Origin: Chloroflexota bacterium
GTDB lineage: Bacteria > Chloroflexota > Dehalococcoidia > Lucifugimonadales > UBA3495
Reading direction: 5' to 3'
NCBI GenBank assembly: GCA_022573285.1
Contig: JACZUF010000004.1
Span: 60,441 to 124,440 of the forward strand
Length of the DNA: 64,000 nt
Part shown: positions 29,075 through 39,695 of the stretch, one piece after another
How positions within the stretch are numbered: the first letter of the stretch is position 1
Layout of the letters: every line of letters starts with the position of its first letter
The notes under the pieces: model-generated
What the model saw: the letters and a program-made list of their open reading frames with translations, nothing else
The model's database searches: none
What the model was told of the DNA's origin: nothing
Made by a program: the position numbers and the translations under genes

Positions 29075-30129
29075 TCGTCGGCTGGGAGCAACTCCCGGCT
29101 CCGGCGTTTGGCCCGGACCATCAACACCCCGATCGTGAGGCACATCGCTCCCGCCACGCTAAGCAGCACCACCGAGGCCAGCGTCGACAGGAATTCCAAA
29201 CTCTCCGAGAACGTCGATATCTGCTCGAGGGCCACCGCCGCGCAGCCGCCCAGAATCGTAACCCCGAATAGGATGCGTATGCGGGCCGGATCTACGAACC
29301 TGGTGGCTGAAGTCCCCAGTTGGGAGCCAACCGAAGCCGCGCTCAACATTATCACCGCCATCAACGGGTCCACGTTGTGCGACAGGGCATAGATGAACGT
29401 TCCCCAGGAGCCGGTGACGACTATTTGGAATAGGTCGGTTCCGATGGCCACGGTCGTGGGCACACCCAGTCCGAAGATCAATGCGGGCATGAGCAGGAAT
29501 CCGCCCCCCGCTCCCAATAGTCCAGCGAAAAAGCCCACGCCGAGGCCCAGGGTCATCGGGATGAACACCGATAGACTTTCAATGCGGGAAACCGGCAAAG
29601 AAACGTACGTGGGGACTGTCCCGATTACCGGCAGCCATATGACGTGGGGTGGGATGCGCAGCCTCTGCACGCGCCGGGCAAACGAAACTGTTGAGACCTC
29701 TTCCCCGCCCACGGCCGCGTTCCGGCGCTGTCTCAAGTGATCATAGATAATAAACCCGCCAAGCGCCGCCAAAAGCACTATGTACACGTAGCGTATGACC
29801 GGGCCAATTAGGCCCGCCGCTTCCAGCGACGAGTTCAATCTCTCGGCCAAAAAAACGCCCGGGATGGTGCCCACGAGCATCAGGAGTCCCAAGCGGATGT
29901 CCACGTTGCCCAGACTGCGGTGTTTGAGGGTATTGATCATCGAGGAACCCATGATCAAGGCCAGGCCCGTTCCCACCGCGAATACCGGCGGGACGCCGAA
30001 TACCAGCAGCCCTCCCGTGATCAAGAACCCACCGCCCACGCCGAAAAACCCACTCAGGGTACCCACCATGACACCCAGAAGCAGAAGGAGGACTGGATTG
30101 ACAACGACATCGGCGTTGGGGAACCACAT
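29071..30129 (-). CDS. Sulfite exporter TauE/SafE (TSUP) family protein
   Basis: Two G.FGVGGGF / G.LGAGGGF repeats, AVGT / AIGTDL; start ATG 30129. Confidence 0.88.
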   Translation of the reverse strand: MWFPNADVVVNPVLLLLLGVMVGTLSGFFGVGGGFLITGGLLVFGVPPVFAVGTGLALIMGSSMINTLKHRSLGNVDIRLGLLMLVGTIPGVFLAERLNSSLEAAGLIGPVIRYVYIVLLAALGGFIIYDHLRQRRNAAVGGEEVSTVSFARRVQRLRIPPHVIWLPVIGTVPTYVSLPVSRIESLSVFIPMTLGLGVGFFAGLLGAGGGFLLMPALIFGLGVPTTVAIGTDLFQIVVTGSWGTFIYALSHNVDPLMAVIMLSAASVGSQLGTSATRFVDPARIRILFGVTILGGCAAVALEQISTFSESLEFLSTLASVVLLSVAGAMCLTIGVLMVRAKRRSRELLPADD

Positions 30130-30130
30130 C

Positions 30131-30304
30131 TTAGCCGCTGCCCTCGGGTCCTTTTCTTGACATTCCACGCAGGACGGCTACGGTCCGGAACACCGCAGTC
30201 CAGAAAAGGTGCAACCCGATGGCCGCAGCAGCGACGGCTCCAATGATTAGCAACGCCCAAAGCAAAGCGTGGTCGGAACTGTAGCTGGTTAAAAATTCGT
30301 TCAT
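30131..30304 (-). CDS. 57-aa single-TM membrane protein, not in the ORF track
   Basis: MNEFLTSYSSDHALLWALLIIGAVAAAAIGLHLFWTAVFRTVAVLRGMSRKGPEGSG; stop is 1 nt before the TSUP ATG. Confidence 0.7.
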   Translation of the reverse strand: MNEFLTSYSSDHALLWALLIIGAVAAAAIGLHLFWTAVFRTVAVLRGMSRKGPEGSG

Positions 30305-30484
30305 CGTGGGGCGGCAGGGCCTAAGCTCTGCTGTCGCTTCATGTCAGTTAATAATTGCCAGATAGTTGAAGGGGCCTGCCGGTAGAGGATACCATGGCCG
30401 TGCCTGCCACGGCCGTCGAATACGGAATAACACCCGTCGCAGGCAGGACTATTACCTAGTTTTGGAAATATGCATGACGGTCAT

Positions 30485-30557
30485 CCGTTCATCCTGAGCC
30501 TCGTCGAAGGACCCCGGCTTCGGCGCAGCATGGTTCGACGGAGCTCACCACGAACGG
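30485..30557. repeat. Inverted pair of family B REP-like repeats
   Basis: CCGTTCATCCTGAGCCTCGTCGAAGGA ... TGGTTCGACGGAGCTCACCACGAACGG. Confidence 0.8.
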
Positions 30558-30590
30558 TTGGTAACGCGGATTATCGATAGGAAGTACTAG

Positions 30591-31784
<1,194 letters not shown>

Positions 31785-31856
31785 ATCGCCCGGGGCAGGT
31801 AGCCAGCCAGGTGCAGGCAGGGCTGTGGAGGAGCCCCGGACTGGGTGAGGGGAGCG

Positions 31857-32135
31857 CTAGAAGCCGCCGGCAACCGCCGGGACTATGCTGATCTCGTCGC
31901 CCTCCTTGGTGGCGGTGCTCAGTCCATCCAGAAATCGAACGTCCTCGCCGTTCAGGTAGATGTTCACGAAATAGCGCAGTTCTCCGTTCTCATCAACCAG
32001 GCGGTCCTTGAATCCTGGAAACTCGCCGTTCAGCTTCTCCACCAACTCACCAAGATTGGCGGACTCCATCTCTACCTTGGCCTGGCCATTGGTCATACGC
32101 CGTAGCGGCGTGGGAATTCGAACCATGACGCCCAT
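31857..32135 (-). CDS. MoaD/ThiS/CysO-like sulfur carrier protein
   Basis: MGVMVRIPTPLR..T..FVNIYLNGEDVRFL..IVPAVAGGF; start ATG 32135. Confidence 0.92.
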   Translation of the reverse strand: MGVMVRIPTPLRRMTNGQAKVEMESANLGELVEKLNGEFPGFKDRLVDENGELRYFVNIYLNGEDVRFLDGLSTATKEGDEISIVPAVAGGF

Positions 32136-32194
32136 CTGGAAAACCCTCCTAAACCTTTCGCCCCATCTTGGGGCGCCTGGGGCAGGACTAACTC

Positions 32195-32437
32195 CTACCC
32201 TTCGATTACGTCCCCGCCAAGCGGGTCCACCCTCACCCCCGTGGAACTCACCCATTCGAGCCCACGCTTGATCTCCGGCTCGTCGCCGTCCAGTTCCAGG
32301 ACCACCCAGCCCGAGTCTTCTCCCACGTCGGCCCGCCGGATGTTCGTAACGATCTTGAACTTCTGGCCCAACTCGTAAATCACCGGTTGCTTCACCAAGT
32401 CGTCCACAAAGGTGAACTTGACTCTCTGCTTGCCCAT
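32195..32437 (-). CDS. NIL domain protein
   Basis: VKFTF..PVIYEL..F.IVTNIRRADV..GWVVLELDG..GVRV. Confidence 0.85.
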   Translation of the reverse strand: MGKQRVKFTFVDDLVKQPVIYELGQKFKIVTNIRRADVGEDSGWVVLELDGDEPEIKRGLEWVSSTGVRVDPLGGDVIEG

Positions 32438-32467
32438 TCCCGAACACCTCCCGGCTATTTACCCCAG

Positions 32468-33745
32468 CTATTTGCCTCCGTCGAACGCTTCTTCGAAAGA
32501 GCGAACGCTAGGCTTGATCGAAAGCGGGTTCACCACTTCCTCCACCGCTTCTTGGGTCTTGAGCCCGTTGCCGGTAATATAAACAACGGTCAGTTCGTCG
32601 GGCTTGATGGCCCCTGACTTGGCCAGGTGCTTGAGCCCCGACATCGTCACGCCGCCGGCCGTCTCGGTGAAGATGCCCTCGGTCTCGGCCAGCAGTTTTA
32701 TGCCATCTACTATATCCGATTCCGGGACCGCATAGGCGGACCCGCCGGATCTCTCAATCACCCTTAGGGCGTAGATGCCGTCGGCGGGGTTCCCGATGGC
32801 CAAGGACTTTGCCAGGCTCTTCGGCCGAACCGGAATAACTTGGGTTTGGCCGTTGGCCCATGCGGTCACAATCGGCGAACAACCTTCCGCCTGGGTCATG
32901 TGCATCTTGGTGGTGACGCCGGGATGATGGACAGTGTTCTGGTCCACGCCGAAGGAGCTGGACGCCACCCCTTCCAAGAGCCCCAGGCAGGCGAGCTCGT
33001 TGAAGCCCTTCCAGATCTTGGTGAACATGGCGCCGGAGGCTGAGGGCACCACCACGTGGTCCGGCAGCCGCCAGCCCAATTGTTCCGCAACCTCGTAACC
33101 CAGGGTCTTGCTGCCCTCGGCGTAATAGGGCCGCATGTTGATATTGACGAAAGCCCAGGGGTAATCGTCGGCCAACTCGCTGCAGAGACGGTTCACTTCG
33201 TCATAGGTGCCGTCGACCGACACCAGCACTGGGTTGTAAATGGCGGCGCCGATGATCTTGCCCCGCTCCAGATCGGAGGGTATGAAGACCACGGCGCGGA
33301 CGCCGGCCCGGGCGCAATGGGCGGCGACGCTGCAAGCCAAGTTGCCGGTGGACGCGCAGGCTATGGTCTCGTAGCCGAACTCGAGTGCCTTGGTTGCCGC
33401 CACGGAGACCACCCGGTCCTTGAATGAGAACGACGGGTTGACGCTGTCGTTCTTGATGTACAGGTTGTTGAGGCCCAACCGTTTGCCCAAGCCCTTGGCC
33501 TTGATCAGCGGAGTGAAGCCCGCCATGATGTCCACGGGGTCGTCGCCTTCAGCGGGAAGCAGGTCCTTGTACCGCCAGATGCTGAGGGGGCCCTTGGCGA
33601 TGCTGTCCTGATTGATCACTTCGGAGATGGTGGCATAGTCGTAGACCACTTCCAGAGGCCCAAAGCAAAAGTCGCATACATTCAGGGGTTCCGCCGGGTA
33701 TTCCCTGCCGCATTCACGGCATTTGAGTCCATTTACGAAAGCCAC
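32468..33745 (-). CDS. Threonine synthase-like PLP enzyme
   Basis: N-terminal CxxC..CxxC, NPSFSFKDR (PLP Lys), ASTGN, EGSKT, ITGNGLKT; GTG start 33745 after AGGAGG. Confidence 0.9.
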   Translation of the reverse strand: MAFVNGLKCRECGREYPAEPLNVCDFCFGPLEVVYDYATISEVINQDSIAKGPLSIWRYKDLLPAEGDDPVDIMAGFTPLIKAKGLGKRLGLNNLYIKNDSVNPSFSFKDRVVSVAATKALEFGYETIACASTGNLACSVAAHCARAGVRAVVFIPSDLERGKIIGAAIYNPVLVSVDGTYDEVNRLCSELADDYPWAFVNINMRPYYAEGSKTLGYEVAEQLGWRLPDHVVVPSASGAMFTKIWKGFNELACLGLLEGVASSSFGVDQNTVHHPGVTTKMHMTQAEGCSPIVTAWANGQTQVIPVRPKSLAKSLAIGNPADGIYALRVIERSGGSAYAVPESDIVDGIKLLAETEGIFTETAGGVTMSGLKHLAKSGAIKPDELTVVYITGNGLKTQEAVEEVVNPLSIKPSVRSFEEAFDGGK

Positions 33746-33827
33746 CGGGGTTGGTTCCTCCTGGCCGTTGAAAGGCCGGGCCAAAAGCCCAAATCAGCCT
33801 GGAAACTATGCCTCCAGGCTGCCCGTG

Positions 33828-33856
33828 ATAGTAACAAAGGCCCTATGTGTTGTCAA
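33828..33856 (-). promoter_or_regulatory. Sigma70 promoter of the ThrC-like/NIL/MoaD operon
   Basis: TTGACA-17 nt-TACTAT on the minus strand. Confidence 0.7.
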
Positions 33857-34041
33857 CTTGAGCCACGCCTGGCGGGCCCTCCTCACGAGGCTGGCGAACG
33901 CCTTGGTTTCGGCTTGGTCCACGGTGATATAATCCTCCGGGCGTTCGCCCCATCGGCGTTCATGGCCGCCAAGATGCGCTCCGAAATTGTTCCGTCATAA
34001 AATAACGGTCCGCCCTGAGATTTATCAAATAGGGTAGTGCT

Positions 34042-35331
34042 CTGCTCCGCCCGCACCACATAAACCTCCTCCAGCAATTCTCCATACCGCTGATCATCGG
34101 CGTGATCGCCGGCTTGGTCTTTGCCAACATCGACATCCACGCCTACGAAGACATGGTGGACTACCACATCTTCGGCGACAACACCAAGATCTTCGGCAAA
34201 TCTGTCACGGTCCATTTCCTCGTCAACGAGATCTTCATGGTGTTCTTCTTCGGCATCGCCACCAAGGAGATCACCGAGTCGGCGCTGCCCGGCGGGGCGC
34301 TGAACCCCCTCCGCAAGGCCATCAACCCCCTGATGGGCACCCTGGGCGGGATCCTGGGACCGGCGGGGCTGTTCTTCCTGCTGGCCTGGGTTTTCTACGG
34401 CGGGTCCAGCGAATTTAGCATCGTGGCCAACGGCTGGGGCATCCCCACCGCCACCGACATCGCCCTGGCCTGGCTCGCGGCCCGCGTCATCTTCGGGGCC
34501 TCCCACCCGGCGGTCAACTTTCTGCTGTTGCTGGCGGTGGCCGACGACGCCATCGGCCTGGGGATCATCGCCGTGTTCTACCCGGACCCGGAACATCCCG
34601 TAGTCGCTTCCTGGCTGCTGTTGGTGGTCGCCGGCATGGCCGCGGCCTACGTCATGCGCCGTTTCGATGTGCGCTACTGGCAAATCTACGTCCTGATCGC
34701 CGGGGGGCTAAGCTGGGTCGGCCTGGTCAAGTCGTCCATTGAACCGGCCCTGGCCTTGGTGGTCATAGTGCCTTTCCTGCCTGGACCCCAGACAACCCAC
34801 GGCCTGTTTGAAGAGGACGAATACGAATTTGAGCACACCCATCCCGAAGGCGCAGAGGCCGTTCCAACCGGCGCGGCGCTGTCCGAGAACCCCACAGAGG
34901 ATGAAGAACTGCACCACCGCCATGCCCCCCTGGACGCTTTCGAGCACGATCTCAAGCTGCCCGTGGACTTCGGCCTGTTCTTCTTCGCCTTCTTCAACGC
35001 GGGAGTCGCCTTCGCCAGCATCACCCAGGTCACCTTTATCGTCCTGATCTCGCTGATCGCCGGCAAAACCGTGGGCATCACGCTGTTCTCCTGGGTGGGA
35101 GAAAGGCTAGGGTTCCCATTGCCCGACGGCATGGGCGTCAAGCACCTTTTGGTGGCCTCCATTATCGCCGGTCTGGGACTGACCGTTGCCCTGTTCGTGG
35201 CCGGCAAGGCCTACGATGACCCGGCCTTCCGAGACCCGGCCAAGATGGGCGCAGTGCTCAGCGCCGGGGCGGCCATTATCGCCTTCGCCGTAGGGCGTTT
35301 GCTCAGGGTCAAAGACGGCTCGGACAAGTGA
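34042..35331 (+). CDS. nhaA: Na+/H+ antiporter, NhaA type (start uncertain: CTG 34042 or GTG 34102)
   Basis: VNEIFMVFFF, GWGIPTATDIA, LAVADD, GKTVGI, AGLGLTVALF. Confidence 0.88.
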   Translation: MLRPHHINLLQQFSIPLIIGVIAGLVFANIDIHAYEDMVDYHIFGDNTKIFGKSVTVHFLVNEIFMVFFFGIATKEITESALPGGALNPLRKAINPLMGTLGGILGPAGLFFLLAWVFYGGSSEFSIVANGWGIPTATDIALAWLAARVIFGASHPAVNFLLLLAVADDAIGLGIIAVFYPDPEHPVVASWLLLVVAGMAAAYVMRRFDVRYWQIYVLIAGGLSWVGLVKSSIEPALALVVIVPFLPGPQTTHGLFEEDEYEFEHTHPEGAEAVPTGAALSENPTEDEELHHRHAPLDAFEHDLKLPVDFGLFFFAFFNAGVAFASITQVTFIVLISLIAGKTVGITLFSWVGERLGFPLPDGMGVKHLLVASIIAGLGLTVALFVAGKAYDDPAFRDPAKMGAVLSAGAAIIAFAVGRLLRVKDGSDK

Positions 35332-35384
35332 TATACTCGTGCCTGCGGACCCGATTCTGAATCGGATTTTAGGAGCCCCATGCG

Positions 35385-35672
35385 ATGATCGGCGTACTCA
35401 CGCACCACTGGGCAAAACCGGACAAGATCGAAGCGGCGAAGAAGCTGTTGGACGGCAACGGCCTGGCCCAGAGCAAAGCACCCGGCTACGGAAGCCGTCT
35501 GACGTTTATCTCCCTAAGTGACCCCACCAAGATCTCGACCCTGGTCACCTGGGACTCCACCGAAATCTACGACGCCTGGCGTGCCAGCCCCGAGCGGGCG
35601 GCCGCCATGCAAGGGGCCGACGAGCTATGGGCCAAACCGGCTGAGTCCGAACGGTTCCAGATGGCCGGATAG
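35385..35672 (+). CDS. Antibiotic biosynthesis monooxygenase (ABM) family protein
   Basis: 95 aa, APGY..R..TLVTWDS.E.YDAW..S pattern. Confidence 0.75.
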   Translation: MIGVLTHHWAKPDKIEAAKKLLDGNGLAQSKAPGYGSRLTFISLSDPTKISTLVTWDSTEIYDAWRASPERAAAMQGADELWAKPAESERFQMAG

Positions 35673-35684
35673 TGGGAGACGATT

Positions 35685-37295
35685 ATGGCCAAGCGAAGTT
35701 TCTGGGCCTGGGGCATGGAGCCGGACGAGCCAACCGCCGAGCAGATGAAGACCGCCGCGGAGGCGCTGGCCAAACGATATAACGTTAGCCTGACCCCGGT
35801 AACACCGCCCAGACCGTCGGACCTATCTTTGCGCAAGCCCCGCATCACGCCTCCTTCGTCATTGACCGCCATCTGCGCCAGCGACGACCACGACCGGGCG
35901 GTCCACACCTACGGGCGCAGCTTCCGGGACCGCATCCGGGCCTTCAATTTGGATTTTCCCAATCCGCCCGACGTGGTGGCCCGTCCCCGTAACGAACAGG
36001 ACGTCGAAGCCGTGCTGGAGTGGTGCTCCACCTCCGGTCACGCCGCCATCCCCTTCGGCGGTGGCAGTTCCACCGTGGCCGGGTTCGAGCCGCCCGAGGG
36101 CTACGACGGCATCGTGACCATCGACATGGGCGGGTTGGGCCAGGTGTTGGAGATCGACGACGTATCCCGCTCCGCCCGCATCCAGGGCGGGGTCTACGGC
36201 CCTGCTTTGGAAGACCAACTGCGGCCCCACGGCTTCACCCTGCGCCACTACCCTCAGAGCTTCGAGTTCTCCACCCTGGGCGGCTGGATCGCCACCCGCT
36301 CGGGAGGCCATTACGCCACCAACCAGACCCACATAGACGACATGGTGGAGTCGGTGCGGATGGTGACTCCTTCGGGATTGTGGGAGTCCCGGCGTTTGCC
36401 GGGCAGCGGCGCCGGCCCCAGCCCCGACCGGATGGCCATCGGCAGCGAGGGCATCTTGGGCATCATCACCGAAGCCTGGATGCGCATCCAGGCCAGGCCC
36501 GTATTCCGGGCGTCGGCCGGGGTGACTTTCCCCACCTTCGCCGCCGGGGCCGAGGCCGCCCGCCACATCGTGCAGACCAAGCTCTGGCCCGCCAACTGCC
36601 GTCTCCTTGACCCGGTGGAGGCCGCGTCAGCCGCGGGGATGGACGGCGCCAATGCGTTGTTGCTGCTGGGGTTCGAGTCGGCCGAGGTGCCCCAGGGCGA
36701 GTTCATCCGCCACGCCGTGGACATAGCCCGAGAGGCCGGCGGGACCATCGACGAGGCCGACGTCCGGGTCTCAGACGGTTCAGGCGGAGACTCGGAACGC
36801 GGCACGGGCCGCCAAGGCTCGGTGGGAACGTGGCGCAACTCTTTCTTGAACGCTCCCTACCTGAAGAACCATCAAGCCGGGCTGGGACTGGTGGCCGAGA
36901 CCATGGAGACCGCCATCACCTGGGACCGTTGGCCCGCCTTGGACGAGATGGTGCGGGGCGCGCTCCAGGGCGCTCTGGACCGGGTCTGCGGCGGAGGCAG
37001 CGTCTCGTGCCGGTTCACCCACGTGTACACGGACGGGCCAGCCCCCTACTTCACCTTCGAGGGCATGGGCCGGCTGGGGGCCGAGTTGGAGATGTACGCC
37101 GAGATCAAGCAGGCGGCTTCAGACGCTATCATGGCCGCCGGTGGCACCATCACCCACCACCACGCCGTGGGCCGGCTGCACCGGCCCTGGTACGACCGGC
37201 AACGTCCCGAACTGTTCGCCCAGGCGTTGCGGGCCGTCAAGCGGACTCTGGACCCCAACGGGGTGTTGAACCCTGGGCTTTTGATCGACGCGTAG
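35685..37295 (+). CDS. FAD-binding oxidoreductase, alkyl-DHAP synthase-like
   Basis: PFGGGSS, HYPQSFEFSTLGGWIATRSGG, GSEGILG, ITHHHAVG, DPNGVLNPG. Confidence 0.85.
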   Translation: MAKRSFWAWGMEPDEPTAEQMKTAAEALAKRYNVSLTPVTPPRPSDLSLRKPRITPPSSLTAICASDDHDRAVHTYGRSFRDRIRAFNLDFPNPPDVVARPRNEQDVEAVLEWCSTSGHAAIPFGGGSSTVAGFEPPEGYDGIVTIDMGGLGQVLEIDDVSRSARIQGGVYGPALEDQLRPHGFTLRHYPQSFEFSTLGGWIATRSGGHYATNQTHIDDMVESVRMVTPSGLWESRRLPGSGAGPSPDRMAIGSEGILGIITEAWMRIQARPVFRASAGVTFPTFAAGAEAARHIVQTKLWPANCRLLDPVEAASAAGMDGANALLLLGFESAEVPQGEFIRHAVDIAREAGGTIDEADVRVSDGSGGDSERGTGRQGSVGTWRNSFLNAPYLKNHQAGLGLVAETMETAITWDRWPALDEMVRGALQGALDRVCGGGSVSCRFTHVYTDGPAPYFTFEGMGRLGAELEMYAEIKQAASDAIMAAGGTITHHHAVGRLHRPWYDRQRPELFAQALRAVKRTLDPNGVLNPGLLIDA

Positions 37296-37319
37296 GGCCG
37301 AACGCGGCTATCGCCCAAC

Positions 37320-37352
37320 CCGTAGGGGCACGGCAATGCCGTGCCCCTACGG
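37320..37352. repeat. Family A GTAG REP palindrome
   Basis: Core identical to 9338-9366. Confidence 0.9.
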
Positions 37353-37499
37353 TTATCAAAATCATTTCTCAGCTTTTGAAGCAATCCGTAACCGACAGCC
37401 TCCCCGTTGGCACCGAGTCCCCGCCGGCCCATTAACCTTGCGCGCACGACGTTGAACCGCCCTCGCCCGGCCTGTACAATGGGGCACCTACCGTAGAGG

Positions 37500-38891
37500 G
37501 TGAGCATGCTTAGGTTCGGAATGACGCCGGCCGGATTTGCGCTGGGAAAGCGCAACGTCCACTACTCCTGGGTAATCGTCGGTGTCGCCTCATTGATGTG
37601 GATGACCAGCTCCGGCATGCGCTTCGCCGCCAGCCTGTTGGTGGACGAGTTCAACAAGCCGGAGTATTTCGGCTGGAGCATCGGGGCCATCACCCTCGGG
37701 TTCACCATTCAGTGGATCATATCGGGAGCACTGGGTCCCGTTTGTGGATGGCTGGGCGACCAACACGGCGTGCGCCGTGTCATGTGGGGCGGCGGAATTC
37801 TGTTCATCGCCGGGATGGTCCTGACCGGCTCCATGAACCACCTTTGGCAATTCTACCTGTACTTCGGCGTCATCCTGGCGGCCGGCATGGCCGCATTCCA
37901 GGTCACCCTGGTTGCCGGCGTGACCCTATGGTTCCGGAAGCAACTGGGCCTGGCCATGGGGATTCTGCAGGCGCTGCAGGGACTGGGCACCGCCGCCGCC
38001 ATCCTCATGGTGTTCATCATCTTCGACCAATTCGGACTGCGCTGGACATTTTGGATCCCTGGAATAGCCGGCGGGGCGCTCCTCCTATACCTGACGCGCT
38101 ACTTCCATAACGAACCCGCTGAAATTGGCCTACGGCCGTGGGGCGCGCCGGACGACGAGCCCATCCGCAGGCTGCAGAGCAACGACGTGGCCAAGGTGCG
38201 CACCAATGTCTTCCTGAAACAGGCCCAGAAGACCAACGCCTTCTGGAACCTGGTGGGGATCCATTTCTGGGGCTGCGCCGGGCACAACATCATCCTGATC
38301 CTGCTGGTCGCCATGGCCACCGACTCCGGACTTTCCAAGGGCATGGCGGTGGCGGTGTACCTCACCCTCACCATCGTCAGCACCCTCACCCGGTTCGCAG
38401 TGCCGGTGCTGGCCGACCGCTTCGGCGCCAAGACGGTGATGAAGATCTGTTTCTCGGCCCAGACCTTCCCCCTGCTGCTCTTGCTGATTTCCCAGGACGT
38501 GTCGACCTACTTCGTGTTCGCCGCGCTCTTCGGCTTCGGTATGGGCGGCGAGATGACCGCCTTCCCCATCATCAACCGCCAGTACTACGGCGACGCGCCC
38601 ACGGGAACGACCTATGGGTGGCAGATGGCCGGAGCGGGCATCGGAATGGCCATCGGGCCGGTGCTGGGCGGGTTCTTGAGGGACTGGACCAACTCCTATG
38701 ACTGGTCCATCATCCTATCCTTCGGTCTTAGCATGATCGCCGTGGGCTGCATCTTTTTACTGCCCTCCACGGCCCACCACCAACTGCCCCATTGGGAAGA
38801 CGCTTTGCCCCCCGAAGCCCGGACGGCTGGAGGGTATGGCACGCCCGCTGCTGTCCCCGCCTCCAGTGGCGGAGACGGTTCCGACGATTAA
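37500..38891 (+). CDS. MFS transporter (OFA/monocarboxylate-like)
   Basis: HYSWVIV, GWLGDQHGVR, WFRKQLGLAMG, LADRFG; about 12 TM segments. Confidence 0.9.
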   Translation: MSMLRFGMTPAGFALGKRNVHYSWVIVGVASLMWMTSSGMRFAASLLVDEFNKPEYFGWSIGAITLGFTIQWIISGALGPVCGWLGDQHGVRRVMWGGGILFIAGMVLTGSMNHLWQFYLYFGVILAAGMAAFQVTLVAGVTLWFRKQLGLAMGILQALQGLGTAAAILMVFIIFDQFGLRWTFWIPGIAGGALLLYLTRYFHNEPAEIGLRPWGAPDDEPIRRLQSNDVAKVRTNVFLKQAQKTNAFWNLVGIHFWGCAGHNIILILLVAMATDSGLSKGMAVAVYLTLTIVSTLTRFAVPVLADRFGAKTVMKICFSAQTFPLLLLLISQDVSTYFVFAALFGFGMGGEMTAFPIINRQYYGDAPTGTTYGWQMAGAGIGMAIGPVLGGFLRDWTNSYDWSIILSFGLSMIAVGCIFLLPSTAHHQLPHWEDALPPEARTAGGYGTPAAVPASSGGDGSDD

Positions 38892-38966
38892 AATCTCGAC
38901 GGCTCATGGGCGTAGGGGCACGGCCCCGATGGCATCGGGGTGCCCTTACATCTGCACCCTCAAACC

Positions 38967-39695
38967 ATGAATACAAAAAATCCAGGCCCCACGATTTCCG
39001 CCACCGAACTGGGGACTTACGCCCGTTCTCGCTTCTGTCCCCGTTGCGCCTGGGTCCGGCTCCACATCAAGAAGCTGCCCTACCAGAGCTTTCCCGGCAT
39101 CTTCAGCAGCATCGACCGCTACAACAAGTTGATCGTCCACAACCATTTCGACCGGGAGGGTCACGCCCCGTCGTGGCTGGCCGAACTGGGGGAAACCGGC
39201 GAGTACCTGGAACCGCCCCACTGGTCCAGTTTCAAGACTCTGGACGAGGAAACCGGGATTACCCTCCGGGGCGAGGCCGACGGCATCTTCAAACTGGCCG
39301 GCGGCTCTTACGTGATCGTCGACTACAAGACGTCCCGTTACTCCCCGGCCCAGCAGGGCATGTTCAAGAATTACGAGGTGCAACTCAACGCCTACGCGCT
39401 GATCGCCGAACGGTTGGGGCTGTCACCGGTCTCCAAGCTGGCCCTGGTCTACATGGAGCCGGCCACAGATGCCGAGACGGCCCAGGAACCCAGTCTGATC
39501 GACAGCCGGGGCTTCACGATGGGCTTCCTCGCCAGGGTTGTGGAAGTGGAGCTTAAGCAGGAGAAGCTGCTGCCGCCCTTACTCCGCAAGGCACGGCGCA
39601 TCTGGGACATGACCACCCCGCCTTCCGGAATCGGAGACTGCAAAGACTGCGCGGCTGTAAGCGGACTGATCGAAGCCTTAGGTGGCTCTCCCTAG
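38967..39695 (+). CDS. PD-(D/E)XK nuclease, Cas4/AddB-like, stand-alone
   Basis: CPRC, LRGEADG, IVDYKT, QLNAY, CKDC; start ATG 38967. Confidence 0.85.
   Translation: MNTKNPGPTISATELGTYARSRFCPRCAWVRLHIKKLPYQSFPGIFSSIDRYNKLIVHNHFDREGHAPSWLAELGETGEYLEPPHWSSFKTLDEETGITLRGEADGIFKLAGGSYVIVDYKTSRYSPAQQGMFKNYEVQLNAYALIAERLGLSPVSKLALVYMEPATDAETAQEPSLIDSRGFTMGFLARVVEVELKQEKLLPPLLRKARRIWDMTTPPSGIGDCKDCAAVSGLIEALGGSP

Noticed and set aside
33746-33827. Possible SAM riboswitch before the ThrC-like operon
   Set aside because: Leader is only ~75 nt with three simple hairpins; no SAM-I or SAM-IV core recognised
33960-34040. nhaA-type Na+/Li+ riboswitch
   Set aside because: Only a weak hairpin; no consensus I could match
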